Of a stretch of DNA of 64,000 bases, positions 49,191-63,980 are shown one piece after another. Position 1 is the first letter of the stretch. Each line of letters starts with the position of its first letter. A model generated the notes under the pieces. The model was not told the DNA's origin. It did no database searches and was given only the letters and a program-made list of their open reading frames with translations. Source of the DNA: Octopus vulgaris (lineage: Eukaryota); NCBI GenBank assembly GCA_951406725.2, contig OX597822.1, positions 58,156,001 to 58,220,000 of the forward strand. Reading direction: 5' to 3'. Both the position numbers and the translations under genes were made by a program.

Positions 49191-49449
49191 GTGTATACAC
49201 TTATTCTTTTCTTTTATTTGTTTCAGTCATTTGACTGTGGCCGTGCTGGAGCACCACCTTTAGTTGAATAAATTGACTCCAGGACTTATTCTTTGTAAGC
49301 CAGGTACTTATTCTATCAGTCACTTTAGCCAAACTACTAAAATATGAGACGCAAACACACCACCATCGGTTGCCGAGCAATGGTGGGGGGACAAACACAG
49401 ATACACAAATAGATACATACATACATACATATATATATAAATATATATA

Positions 49450-50985
49450 TATCATCATCATCGTCGTCGTCGTCATCATTTAACGTCCACTTTCCATGCT
49501 GGCATGCGTTGGACAGTTTGACTGGGGACTGGTGAGCCAGAAGACTGCACCAGGCTCAATTTGATCTAGCAAAGTTTCTACAGCTGGATGCCCTTCCTAA
49601 CACCAAACACTCCGAGAGTGTAGTGGGTGCTTTTACATGCCATCGGCATGAGGGCTAGTCAGGCAGTTCCAGCAACGACCACACTCAAAAGGTGTTTTCT
49701 ACATGCTACTTGCACAGGAGCCAGTCCCGCAGCACTGGCAACGACCACACTTGAATGTTGTTTTCACATGTGCACTGGCAACGGATCACACTCGAAGGGT
49801 GCTTTTTACATGCCACCGGCACGGGAGCCAATCCATGGCCCTGGCAATGATCATGCTCCACTGGCACGAGTGCCAATCAGGTGGCACTGTCATTGGCCAC
49901 GTCAGTAATTTCAATTTGATTTCACTTGCCTAATAAGTCTTCGCAAGCAAAGTTTATTGTCCAATGAATGAGGGATACACATAAGTGGGCTGGTTACACC
50001 CCATGCTCAGATGTGCTTTTAACATTCCACTGTCATGAGTGCCAATCCGGCGATACTGTCATTGGCCACGTCAGCGATTTGGATTTTAATTTTGATTTCA
50101 CTTGCCTCAATAAGTCTTCACAAGCAAAGTTTATTGTCCAATGAATGAGGGGTACTCATAAGTGGCTGGTTACACCCACTGGCATTGGCCACTTGTCTTT
50201 TCGATTGTTCTTAAGCACAGTATATCTCCAAAGGTCTCAGTCACCAGTCATCGCCTTGGTAAGGCCTAATGTTCGAAGGTCGTGCTTCACCACCTCATCC
50301 TAGATCTTCCTGGGTCTACCTCTTCCACAGGTTCCCTCAACTGCTAGGGTGTCACACTTTTTCACACAGCTGTCCTCTTTCATTCGCAACACATGACCAT
50401 ACCAGCGCAATCATCTCTCTTGCACACCACATCTAATGCTTCTTAAATCTAACTTTTCTCTCAGGGAGCTTACACTCTGTCATGTATGCACACTGACATT
50501 ACACATCTAGCGGAGCATACTGGTTTCATTCCTTGCAAGCTTATACATGTCCTCAGCAGTCACGGCCTATGTTTCACTGCCATGTAGCATGGCTGTTCGT
50601 ACACGTGCATCATACAGTCTACCTTTTACTCTGAGTGAGAGGCCCTTTGTCACCAGCAGAGGTAGGAGCTCTCTGAACTTTGCCCAGGCTATACTGATTC
50701 TAGCAGCTACATTTTCTGAGCATCCACCCCTGCTGGTGACTTGGTCCCCTAGGTAACGGAAGCTATCAACTACTTGTAGTTTTTCTCCCTGGAATGTGAC
50801 AGAAGCTGTTCTCTGCACATTTTCAGTGTTTATAGCACATGAGCATTTGCCACATACAAAAACTATCTTCCCAGTTAACCTTCCTTTGATATTGTGTCCA
50901 TAGCTTACACTGGGTACATCTTATGGAGTTTCTACCTATGCCTTTTCTACAGATTGAGCAAGGCCATCTACCTGGATTTCATAAA
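49450..50985 (-). mobile_element. 5'-truncated RTE-clade LINE with a long repetitive 3' UTR
   Basis: GRWPCSICRKGIGRNS...; VDSFRYLGDQVTSRGGCSENVAARISIAWAKFRELLPLLVTKGLSLRVKGRLYDARVRTAMLHGSET; (GAT)n tail at about 49450. Confidence 0.92.
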
Positions 50986-51039
50986 TGGAAACTGAAAGAA
51001 GCCTATTTCAAACATATAAAAGTGTGTATGTGTGTGAGC

Positions 51040-51091
<52 letters not shown>

Positions 51092-51154
51092 AATTTCTCA
51101 AGGTATTGCCCCAGCATGGCTGCAGTCTTATGACTGAAACAAGTAAAAGATAAG

Positions 51155-51543
51155 AAACTGTTTTGAATTAATTGTGCATTATTTTGTAGCTTTGAGATCT
51201 TGATAATGTGATTGCTTATTTTTAGAGCAATATTGTAGGGCAGGTGTAACCAGCTATATCTGGCTATTTTGAACATATGAAAGAGGCAGAATATTTAGGC
51301 TAGATATGGTCCGCTAAAAAGCTAAAGGGTTAACTCTTTAGTATTTAGATTACTGTCGAATGTAATGCTTATTTACTCACATTGTCTTGAATTATTCATC
51401 TATTATCATGTAGCTTTGAGATTTTAATGATATGATTGTTTATTTTTAGAATGACATTGTAAGGTAGGTGTGACAGGTTGGATCTGGCTGTTTCGAATAT
51501 AAAACAGACAGAATATTTGGGCTGGATAAGCTAAAGGATTAAA
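51155..51543. mobile_element. Two piggyBac-like MITEs in tandem sharing one TTAA (51330-51333)
   Basis: Junction ...GCTAAAGGG|TTAA|CTCTTTAGTATT...; both bodies match the 220-bp MITE. Confidence 0.75.
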
Positions 51544-52925
51544 GATGGTTTGGCTATTTCTAGCAACCACACACAAGTTCCCTTAATGGCTTGTGATAAT
51601 TGATAGCAATGAGTTTACAGGATGGAAGTGATAATGCAACAGTGTGGTGAAGAGTAATGATGATGGTGTTCGGTGGTGTGTGCAACAGTAATAGTAATAG
51701 TAGCAACAGCAGCAGTAGCAGCAGCCAAGACAACAGTAATAGCTGAATAACTCTGGCTACACCTCAATTTTTAGAGATAGTGGATTGGAGGATGTTTCTG
51801 TAACTGTCTTAGCTGTGATCATTACTTTGTAACTGTCCAAACATTCACATCTGAAATGTGTTGTCCACAATGTTGGGTGGTGGGAAGTTCTTTGAATGAC
51901 ATTGAACTATCTCAGTGAGCATGTCTAGTGACAATATTTGAATACTTTACTAGGTTTATAGTTGCTATTGTCAATTAACCCTCAAGTCAAAGCAGATACA
52001 ACAAACCTATAATTAAAACCATTCCGGTTATAATAATCCTGTCTGTTTACTATGTATCTATGTGTACACAATCTAATGTAGCTTTCCATTTTGTAATATT
52101 GTGGGAATGGTTTCAGGGAGATTTGGCTGCTATTTTTAGCAAGATGAACAACCATGCATAGGCTCATTATTTGGCTCGGTGTGATGATAGTTGATGTTGT
52201 AGTGTAGTCCCAGGTCAGCTCTGTGACCTACAAATCTATTGTTCCCTATATACCATACCTTTTCTTAATTAAGGAACATCCAGTACATTCCACCAAGCAG
52301 TGGTTAATTGCATTTTAAGGGTTAATTTGGTGAAGGGGTGACTGTGATAGCTGCGTTAACAGCCGAAGGACAGTCAGATCATGGAGACAAATAAGGGTTA
52401 CAATGTCAATGTACCACGAAGAAAGAGATAGTATTTCTGGTGGTTGAAATAGGTAGACAAGCAGGGCTGGAAGAATTGTAGTGAAGATGATGTTTCATGA
52501 TGGGGATGTATAGTATGATGCTGATGGTGGTGGTGGTGAAGAGATGGTTAGGATGTTGCAATGTGAGAAGGCTTGAGGTAAGATTCACAGCTGGGTATTA
52601 ATGAAGGATGAGGGTGAGGTTTAGGATGGGGAAGGTTTAGAATGGCATAAAACATCTGATGCTGAGCTTTGCATTGCTACCCTTCTTCCACTGCTTAATG
52701 TGTGTGTGTGTGTGTGTGTGTGTGCATGTAAGTTTGTATGTATTTATATGTGTGTGTAAATGACTATAAACATACGATATTTAGATACATAATCTGTACA
52801 TATTAATGCCTATATATGTATAAAAGTATATTTGTACACATGATATGCACATCTGAATGTTAAGCTTGTGTGTGTATATATATATATATAAAATATTATA
52901 TATATATATATATATATAAAATATT

Positions 52926-52988
<63 letters not shown>

Positions 52989-54192
52989 GGGAATAAATCC
53001 AAACTTACAGGGAAAAATCAGATTTAGGATTGAATCCAATTTTATAGTAAAATATTATATTATATTAAATTAGAGATAAAACCACTATTAGGCAAATCAA
53101 ACAATGAAAAACTTAAGCCAATACATAAAATTAATTAATTAAAATTATTTTAAATATATATCAAAAGTATTAAAAGATTAATAAAAGATAATGATTAAGA
53201 CACTACGATTGTTATTTGAGATGCTCTGTGTTTCATTCAATTAATTTTAAATATAACAGAGAATTTAGTAAAATAACTTTGTTATCATTAAGCTAGTGTT
53301 AGGAACATAAACTGTGACTAAGGTTTGGTGGAAGATTTTAATTTGAAACTTAAGAAAACAAGACATTTGTACTACAGAGTCAGAGCCAGTTTAAGCCAGG
53401 TTGGTAACGAAAGGGTTAAGGCTGTTTTTCATGCAATAAACCAGCTGACATGAAAAACTACAAGGAAAAGGCAGTTACTTTAAGTGAGCAAAAAAGTGAA
53501 AAAAGATCAAATAAATAATTGGTGATTACTCAATTTTCTGAAGATATTCTCAAACAAAATTCAATTGAAAGTAGAAAAGACTAATTGATTACAAACCCAT
53601 ATCTAAAGAGCTTATCTCGAACCAGTAAAGCTCCTCTGCAACATTGCCAGGCCAGGGACTTTTGGTAATGGGCAAACTGTGGTATGTGGGACTTTCTAGA
53701 TGGCATGCCTAATGAAAAATTACCTTAATTTTTTTAGTAATGTAGCTCACTTGAAGATGAACCAAGTCTCATGTGGCCCATTTCTTGGAAAAAGTTGCCT
53801 GTGCTTGTTCTAGATATAGATTACTAGATGTGTCAAGCTTCTTCACTTCATTACTGTTCTATCAGAATTCCAGTTGCTGCAGAGAGGAAATCTTGGAAGA
53901 TCATTGAATTACATCTAGTTCAGTCCGCACAGATTGAACTAAAAGAAGACTACAGCAGGAGTCAATAACATAAATGATTGAGAACAGGAGTAACATGAAT
54001 TCTTTTTGTCTCGTTCTTCAGTATCCACCTTGCCAGTTATTTGCTTGTTGTTACTATTGCATGTTGTTGCTATCTTGGTAATGTGTCAAAAGTCATGTAA
54101 GGGGTCTGAATTAAAATTTTTTTAATAGTTTTAATTACTTTGTTTTGTATTTTTCTTTACAGATTCTGTAAAGAAGACCTTGACAATTAAAC

Positions 54193-54732
54193 ATGGAAAA
54201 ATTCATTACCAAACAACACACAGAAATTATGAAATTTTACAATCAAAACTGAGGATCAATAATACTAAGCTAACAAGCATATTGTCACCATTACAACATG
54301 AGAAATTCTCCAAGGGAATCAAGGATAAGATATCTTATTGGTAATTTTGAGAAGTAGGATTCAATAAGTGACATTCTATGAATAGGCAGACATTGCCCAG
54401 TTAGGAGCAAAGCTATAGTTATGCATGTAAGGAAGAGTGTTGCAGAAGACCCAACCCCATTGATTTAAAGGCAGTCTAAACAGGTTGGAGTCTCCCAGAC
54501 ATCACTCGGGTATATGCTTAAAACCTTGAATGTGTTTCCATATAAGATGCAGTTAGTGCAAGTACTGAAGTCAGCAGATTATGTCCGCAGACACAATATG
54601 CAGTTAGATTTCGAGAATTAGCAAGAGGAAATCCAAAATTTATCTACAAGCTGATAATGACAGATGAAGCACATTTTTATTTGAATGGCTTCATTAAAAA
54701 ACACAATTACAAGATTTAGGATTCAGAAAATC
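54193..54732 (+). pseudogene. Mariner-like (rosa/DD41D-type) transposase pseudogene, N-terminal HTH to first catalytic Asp
   Basis: HTEIMKFYNQN...VRKSVAEDPT..RQSKQVGVSQTSL..ML..LNVFPYKMQLVQVLKSADY.RR...KLIMTDEAHFYLNGFIKKHNYKI*DSEN, with stops and frameshifts. Confidence 0.85.
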
Positions 54733-54899
54733 AGGATCAAGAAAAAGTCTAATTGAGATGTCACCAGACAGTATTTCTGATCAAAGTACAAATCATTAAA
54801 GTAGATCCAATATTATATCTATTTCTTAGGTTATCATGTCTACTAAATAAAACATAACAATGATCTAAACACTGAATCATAATTCTAATTAATTAGAAT

Positions 54900-55420
54900 C
54901 GTTAACAATGTTCAGGAGTTGTCGTCTTTCACCTACTTGTTGTAACACCCATTCATTTGTCCAATGATCTTAGTAAGAGACACAGAGCATTCTCCTATAC
55001 ACCCACATTTCAAATACAATATGTTCACTTAATCTGCTTAGAGTACATGCTTCACAACCACAAATGCCTATTGGCTGAATGATTGCTTGCACTAGCCTTG
55101 TTTTTAGCTTAGTTGGTTATTAGTACTTCTTTCAAATAATGGACCTAGTTTGTAATGAAGCATTTTTGCAAATCTATAGAAAACTTTTTAAGGTGTGTTT
55201 TCCTATTTTCTACAGTCTAAGTTTTCTGAACAGATCTCTCATTTTTGTGGAGAATTTTGCTCTCAATTTCTGAGTGACATTCTGAAATTAATATTTTTTC
55301 CCATGTTAATGGTTTATCCATTTAAATAATATAAGTCCTGTGTTCTTTGTCACATGAGAATTTTTCTGTCACTGGGAATGATACTCTCTTGAACATTAAC
55401 CTTCATCTCAGGGACATGTT
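54900..55420 (-). pseudogene. Old RTE-BovB-like LINE ORF fragment
   Basis: The minus strand reads KTRLVQAIIQPIGICGCEACTL...FEMWVYRRMLCVS. Confidence 0.6.
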
Positions 55421-56499
55421 CAATGCATATTATTTGCATTGTTGACATAAATTGCTTTCAGATTCATGTCATTGCCTTGCACAGAATCTTGGGTCTGTTC
55501 AATTTGCAAATACATCCATTCAAATACACACACACACACACACACAATTTCTACTCTATCCTCATGTTTTTCAACCAATTGTGTGTATACAGTGCTGGTA
55601 GCAATAAATAAATAAAATAAAATAGAAAATAGAATAAAAAGCATAAAACCTGATGGGTTATGTTTTAAACAGAAACAGACAAGTTGGGAAAAAAATAATT
55701 CATGATTTATGACACAAGTGCCGACTGAACTACAACCAGACCCACAACCAGGTAAAAGTAAACAATGTCAGAAGTGGAAAATATATGAGCCAGCAAAAAC
55801 TTGAGTTGGGAAAAATGAAAGCATCATAGCTTGAAATATCCACATCAACAAACATAATGGCAATAGATTCAAATAACAGTAGGTGTAAACCAATATCTTC
55901 TGTTTTTCTGTCAACTCAATGGTGATGACAATAGATTATCTTTTGATACAATATTACAGTGTATGAACTTCATATCAAGCAATAAAGATAATATGTAAAT
56001 AACAGAAAAATTGAAACCAAACCCACAAGTCATATCCTTATCAAACTGCAACCAAAGTCCTGGAAGAATACTGTAAGGGACTATCCAACTCCCATGTTAC
56101 ATGTTTTTTAGTTGTGCTTTATTTGGGGAATAAATCACAACAAAGGAAAAACTATCTCTACGATATATTGGTTTCCAATTTTGGCACAAGGCTAGCAACT
56201 TTGGAGGTGGGAGGGGATAAGTCAATTACATCGACCTTACTGCTCAACTGGTACTTATTTGGATGAAAAGCAAAGTCAACTGTAGTGGAATTTGAACTTG
56301 GGATGAAAGGATGAAAGGCAAAGTCAACCTCAGTGGAATTTGAACTCAAAATGTAAAGACAGACAAAATGCCAGTAAGCATTTTACCCAGCATGCTAACA
56401 ATTCTGCCAGCTTGCTGCCTTATTTCTGTGATATATTAAAGATGATCAATCAAGCACTGATCAGTTAAAATATCAACTGGACTGTTTGAATTATTATTC

Positions 56500-57520
56500 A
56501 ATTTTGCCAGTGAAATAATAGTACCATTGTTGCTTCGTAAACAACTGAAAAGTTATCTGCTGCAGAAACAACTCATGTCAAATAGTCATTTGGTTTCTAT
56601 CAAAATCATGACACCATACAACTTCTCTCTATCCTTTTTCAGACAAACAACAATATGCTGCACATATGTCAAGGAGTATATGTGGCTTGAGTATCAAAGG
56701 AGCATTTGATAGACCTTGGCACAATGATCTTTGTACCAAGATGAAATTGAAAGGGATACACATTTTGCAGTTCAGTATAACAACACCACCAGGTACATAG
56801 TTACCTTCAGATGTGTTCATTCTGTTGTAAGTTTTTGAACTGGTGTCCAAGCCAAATACTCATGACAGAGAGAACACAGTTGCAAGCATTTACAGTTATT
56901 ACAACCATATGACACACCAACGCCCTCTAAATTTTCCTTGATGTTAAAAACTAAATTCAGACGACAATTCTTTCCCCATCTTCTTTAACATCTGTTGACT
57001 CTATTCCAACCTCTTCTAACACACAAACTACACAACCTATTACTCCCCAACACAAATCCTTCCACTGCACATATATATAAGCCAAGTGTGCAAATACCTT
57101 TGTTTCTTTCAAACCAACAAAGCCACTAAACTTGACAATATTTATTCTATTAACCTCAAACAATATGTTCCAGAGCTAATCCTTATTCTTACCAAACTTC
57201 AATCTCTCCACAAGGATATACACTGATTTATGAAAATATAGTACGGTGTGTTCTTTTTCTAGAAGAATAACTCCTCTAACTCAGTCAACTCACTTTAAAT
57301 ATCCCAACAAAGGTGACAGAGACAACAATTAACAACTTTCACTTTCATTTTTAATCTCTCATTCTCTTTAATGACCACCAGTATGACTCTCACAAAACCA
57401 GTGCAATGTCAACCTACTCTCTTATTTCATACTAATGAGTTCTTGACTTAGAAATTTTGGGAAAGCAATGTTGTTGCCTTCAGAGCCATCCATGCTTTGA
57501 ACAATGTTTGGCACCTGAAT
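56500..57520 (+). pseudogene. Two degenerate CR1/L2/Jockey-group reverse-transcriptase fragments
   Basis: RKQLKSYLLQKQLMS..FGF.QNH and SIKGAFDRPWHNDLCTKMK (compare LDIKGAFDRVWH); then NKATKLDNIYSINLKQYVPELILILTKL...KGDR and VVAF....NNVWH. Confidence 0.65.
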
Positions 57521-59819
57521 TTCATATTAAAACTACCCATCTATGAGTGGTTCCAACTGTGACTCACCTCTTGGATCAGTAGCTTCCTGTGAGATTACAG
57601 TTAAGCCTACCTCTGCAGAACATTGGTCCTCTGAAAATGAATCCTTGCATATATTTTCCCTGTAGCCATCAACTTGGTAAGTGTTCAACAGGAATGTTAC
57701 TAAAATCAGCCCTATAGATCTCAGAAAGCCAGCAAAGAACTTGGTCACAAACCAAACCAGAAAAAAAAACAAACAACCAAGAACATCAGCTCAAGAACAT
57801 TCTACACTCGAACTACTTCTGTTCTATTTTCATGAATAGTCTTGGCAAAACCTGTGAACATGATCTGTACCTTTAAGCCAATGAACCAATGCTTTGCATC
57901 AATAAGATCAGCAATAGAAAGTGGTCTTATTGAAGTGAGCTAACATAGAGACATTGTAAGAATGAAAGTCTGAGCAAATAACTTCTATAATGTTCATCAA
58001 AAGCTACTGCTTAGCATGTAAGTAACCACAACAACAGATAAAAAGCAAGCAAGGATTCTGGTGTAAAATAGTATATACTAGTGTAGCATCATTTTGCTTT
58101 CACTGTGCAGTAGTCTGTAGAACTCATGATGTCAGAACCTCAATCTGTTAAGGACTACTGGGTGCTGTCAACTGTAAGTAACTGAATTCAGACACACAGT
58201 GAGTAAGGCTGCTACTCCCTGAACTAACTAACCAAGATGACTGGAAGGTGACATTTGTGCCATCAAATTTATTACCAAGGAAAAGGAATGCATCAGAGTA
58301 AACTCTCTCTAAGAAAAACATTTTGAGATTCTAAATACAACAGAAGTCAAGTGGTGGGAAGCATTTAACTCCTGTCTCCATCATATCTACACAAGGAGGC
58401 AGCTATCGATAAAGTGTAAAATCAATGCATTGTGAACTACATCTGTTTATCTGAGACAGCATTGCATACTCAGACAATTGGATAGTATCTGAATGAAAGC
58501 TATCAAGATCGATCTCTACAGTAAATAGTAGAGAGGCTGCCTAAGAACTTCCCATGAGCCTACATCACAAGAGATTGCTATAGCCCATCAATAGTCAGAG
58601 CATGCTACCACTGTAGTATGACATACAATGTTGTACAAGGACTACTACTTTCATGCTGGCACAGACATATACACTCCCAATACCCAATGCCAAAATTCAT
58701 ATCTTGGATATGAGTTTTTCTGTACTCAGCTGCTAGCATATGGTATAAACTTCTGGAAGTTATAATTGGGACCACCTCAGTTAAAGGAATATAAACTTTC
58801 AAAAGTAAGTAGACAAACACCTACTGCTACTTTCACTGTGGTCAACTGGAGCCTCTCTTTCAGACCAATTGTCAAATGAGGCTACTATTCAAGTATCACC
58901 TCTTCTTCGAAGCCTGTTGGAGTGATATCAAAAGCAAGAATGATGGATAGACAGACAACCAACAAATCTAAAGATTTTCTTTAGTCCCAGGTCAACTCTG
59001 ATCAAGCTGATGTATTACATTCAAAAACATTCAAACCATGGCCATCACATCCTTTCAGAGATATCTAGAATTAAATGATCTAATGCCATCCATCCTTCCT
59101 TGTTGTAAAACAGCAGAGTGTGAGAATTATTCAGCTACTATTTCTAGTATACAGAGTGGCTGCTTAGAGGTTTCCTTGGTTGGCTCCCAAACACAAAGTT
59201 GTTCAACTCAGCACCAACATCACTAATCTACAGACAAAAGATTCTAAGAGACCAAATATTCATAATATTTTTTCCTTTCTCCAAACCAGAGGGCTATTGT
59301 TTAACATGCTTCAAACATTGTAATGTAAGAAAGACATAACATACAGCTGTTACTATTAACCACAACATAATATAAGACATGAGGTTCCATTGCTTACTCC
59401 CTTTCCTCTTCCTGTTAAAATCATATTTTATTGAGAAAAATTTTTAAACAAAGACATGAATAATTATGTGAGACATTTGGAGAAATTTATCACTTCTGTG
59501 TTACATAAAAATGGTTGCTTACCAAGGCAGGTAACATGATAGGTATATGTGTATGTATGTAAACATACAAATACTATACACCTACACATTAATACGCATT
59601 GTAATATGTATGTACACACACATATATATGTATATACACACATACACGCATATATATATATATATATATATACATACACATACATACACATGCATACACA
59701 CATACATACATACATATATATATATATATAAACATATTTACATTCGTATGTAAATATATATATATATATATATATATTAATCCATATAAACATGGATGAC
59801 TACACACACACACAGGATT

Positions 59820-60590
59820 CTACTTCCTTCAGGAAAAAGGCCCTTCAGTAAAAGAGTAGATAGAGATTCCATATGGTGTATTCAATGTAAGCCAGGGACA
59901 CACAAGAAGTGCATCAGAACCAGAGGAAGGTTAACAGAGAAAGTAGATTTTGAATATGGCAGATGCACAAGAGCAATAAATACTTAGAACATATAGGAAA
60001 CAGGAGGTTCCCAAGAGGTAGAAGATAGATTTTGTTACCTAGGTGACCTAATTAGTATTAGAAGAGGATGTTCTGAAAATATATTTGCGAGAATAAGAAC
60101 AGGATGAAGAAAGTTTAGGGAACTATTACCTCTGTTAATAACAAAAGGTCTCTCTCTCTCTTTCTCAAAGTGGAAGGCAGATTGTATGATGTTTGTGTAC
60201 AAACAGCAATGCAACATGGTAATGTGGAACCTGAATGCTGAGGATATGCAAAGTCTAAAAATAATGAATCTAGTATTCTCCATTGAATGTGGAACGTCAA
60301 TGTGCATGTTTGACAAAGTGCAAATGTATTTCAAGAAAACTTAGACATAAAAAAATCAGATGCAGTGTATAAGAAAGCAGACTGCACTGTTATGGTAATG
60401 TGATGCATATGGATGAGAACAACTGTATAAAGAAGTGCTGATGACTAATTTTGGATTTTGAAAATCCAGGAAGATATGGGATGAAGTTATGAATGATGAT
60501 CTCAAGAGGTTGAGCCTGATGGAGGGGATGACAAAAGGCTGAGATGATTGGCTATTCACTATGCTCAAGAAGACCCATCCATTTTTGTTT
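59820..60590 (+). pseudogene. RTE-clade LINE fragment (Cys finger to ORF end)
   Basis: DSIWCIQCKPGTHKKC..RGRLTEKVDFEYGRC; EVEDRFCYLGDLIS..GCSE..ARIRTG. Confidence 0.8.
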
Positions 60591-61006
60591 TTTTGAAAGT
60601 GAGGCCCGAAAAACATGATTATGTATAAATACTCATCAAACCCTGGCCTTGCACCCAATCTGTCCCTGTCAAGCATTCCCTGCATCTCATCTTTCTAACA
60701 CTCATCCCCCTATCACTCTACTAACACTAGCACTGTTCTACTGCTGTAATCATATAATATTAGAATCTGCACATATTTCATCCTGCCTTTATGCTACCAG
60801 ACACCTCCTCTTCCTCCTATTGAAACTGCTTCCTTTTAAAATCTATCTTACATTTTCAATATCATAGATCACCCTCTTCTATACTTTCAGTTATCTCTGC
60901 CACTCCTTTGAACTACATCTTAGAACTGACATGCAATATATGGAGTAATTCTTCATTTTAATGTTAAATTGTTTTTATCTAAAACTTGACCTAAAATGTA
61001 ACATCA

Positions 61007-61133
<127 letters not shown>

Positions 61134-61430
61134 GTAACAGTCGTTTCCATTACTGAATAAACAATCATATATGGATCTGTCATTTAATGTTACAGTTATT
61201 GCAGTTTAAAATATCAATGTTGCAATAACGTTTAAATGTTTAGATGTTCAATATAACACTTATTTATGAACTATGATTTACTATTTTCCATACAAACATG
61301 TTAATAATACCTGCTGTCTCAAAGACATTGTACAGCCAGAATTGGTAGAATGACAAAAAAATGTATTGCACCATATAATTATGTGTTAAGTTCAAATCCA
61401 GCATGCTCAAATTTGCATTTCACCACTCCA

Positions 61431-61883
61431 TCTATATATATAAAGCTGAAGTTGTCTCTGTGTGTGTGTGTGTGTTTGGCAGGTTTGGTAGCCTTCAACT
61501 AACATTATCTCCTCCAAGACCTTGCAGCACAAGTTGACCAAAATTGAGAGTATGATAGAAGAAGGTTTGCTCTTCATTCCATAGAAGAAAAATTTCAAAT
61601 TGGACCATGTTAAGACCAAAATTATTTACATCAAAAAGGTGCATTTTTTTTCTATGAAAATCCCTATTTGTTTACGATTTTTTGACTGCTGTGTCGCCAT
61701 TTTTCTGTGTATTTCAACCAGAAAAATGTTCACTTAAAGAGAATAACAAGCTACATAATGCAAATTTTTTACTTTTCAAAAAATATTGAAATTATGTCAA
61801 AACTTTGTTAACGCGACATCAAAGTCTGCTGTTTTAAGTGCAACTAAAAAAAAAACCCGAGCAACGCCAGGCTATACTGCTAG
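61431..61883 (+). mobile_element. Non-autonomous Helitron, variant with a different 3' internal segment
   Basis: A|TCTATATATA ... CCCGAGCAACGCCAGG hairpin ... CTAG|T. Confidence 0.88.
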
Positions 61884-63980
61884 TGGTCAATAAAATAAAG
61901 TACATCATATTTTAGTAGAAAAGACTAAAGTATATCATCATTGTTTTACCATCTATTTTCCCATACTTGCACAAGTTGGACAGAAATTACTGAGGCAAAT
62001 TTTTTAAAGCTGGATGATCTTCCTGTCACCAAACCTCACTTGTTTCCAAGCAAGGTAATATTTCTCCATGGCCAGATATGTTCTTGCAGAAGTTTGGAAA
62101 TGAATGACACTGCTTGTATGACAGTGACACTCGTTTACAACAAACATGCAATGGCAAGACAAAGCAGCACCAACACACACACACAACATTGGTTTCAAAT
62201 TTTGGTACAGGGCCCGCAATTTTGGGGAAGGGAAACAAGTTGATTACATATAGATATAATCTTGCCAAGTACAATAGTTGGCACAAAATTGACAGTAACA
62301 TTCTCACCAGTTATATGTCATAACCAGCAATATACTGCTTAACAGTAGTATATAAGAATATATGACAGGTTTCTTTCAAAGCTCATCTACCAAATCCACT
62401 CACAAGACTTTGGTTGGTCTGGGGCTATTGTAGAAAACACTTGCTCAAGGTGCCACAAAATGGCACTGGGCCTGAAGCCATGTGATTTGAAAATAAACAT
62501 CTCAACTACACAGCAATGCTATAATTGTTCTCTTTCCTCAAAATTTTTGGTCTTGTGCCTCTGCAAGAAAATTAATTTTGTTACGCAGTATTGATGATGT
62601 AAGTGTGGTTTAGGACGAGAAGCCCATTTTTGCCCCTTCTCTTGTAAAAGTCCTTTTATGCTGTTTATGTCTGTCCTTTACTTTGAATTGAGAAATTTTC
62701 TAAATAGATGTTGCTGAACCATGCAGACAAGTTTTCTGCAAGCACTCACTCTCTGTTACTAATAACTATTTCAGTATGAACTATGTTGATCTTTAGCTAT
62801 TCTTATATGATAACCAGATAATCAACAGAAAATTGTTCCCTAGAATATCCAGTTCTGAATTCATCAAGTATTATAACTAGAAAGGAACCTTGATGAACAC
62901 TATACATTTACATTTATTTTTCTATTGAAGTCTCTTCCTCAGCTCTTATGTTGATCTCAACACATAATGCAAAATTTAAATTGTTTTCGTGAGCTATTCA
63001 GATAATCCTTAACTTGCTCAGCGCTCAACAAACTACAAGAGCAGAGAGTAGAAACCATCTTTATCCAAACTCACCCTATTTATTACCTTGTGGTTTCTGC
63101 AATTTTCTTTTTCCAGAGAATTTTTATTGAATCACTCAGGAACTGGATTAGAATGGGGTAGGGGTTGGATTAATTCTGTAATTCTTCAAACATACTATAA
63201 GCTTATAGTGGATAAATATGTCCTCAGTTTTATAAAAGCAGAAAATGAGTTGTGGTGATATAAATGCTTTTCACCAAAAGTATTCATTGTGCTGGGGTGA
63301 TGTGAAACAATTTAATTTATGTTTTACTGTTTGGTATGAACCATTTTGTAGCATTATGTGAGTCACAAGAACTAACAAAGGTTTTAAGGAAAATTCTGTC
63401 TTGTGAATCAACAAGAAAAGAATGATTTGAAATTATAAGTTTCTTTTTTTAGTTAGAATAAGAATAAAAATGGAGAGCTGAGGATATGGGCTACAAAGCC
63501 AAGGCAAAGCTTAATGCAAAGGTTGAGAAATAAAAATGGGAGAAAGTGGGGTCCACTGACAGATTAAATGAGACAAAGTAACTTGCAAAGAGAATAAGAA
63601 TGGAGCGATGAGTTAAGAGGGAAAGTATAGGGTACTGGAAGTGTGAGGTGGAGTGCATAATGACTTATTGAGAGAAACAGGTAACTATTAGAGAAACAGA
63701 AGGATCAGAATCACAGAAAGCTACCACTGTCACATGAAATTAACAGTGAGACAGAAGCTTTTTTTCCAACAGGTTTATTCTTTCAGCAGCTGTGGGCCCT
63801 AGCTTCTAAACTATCACCTGTCACAAACTGCTGACTTTATTGATACTGCAACTTGTCCATTACCTTTAATATTTCGATTAATGCTAGTCATAGCTTTTGT
63901 TCAAACTGTTATTTTGGTGCAAGCTGAGAACAGTGAAGTTGGTTTGTTGCTGTAATTTGAGCAATTAGAGAGCAACTTAC

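Noticed and set aside
52983-53215. AT-rich repeat that might be another Penelope terminal repeat with a hammerhead
   Set aside because: The sequence breaks off at CACTACGATTGTT into a TTAA-type MITE end; no hammerhead core is visible.
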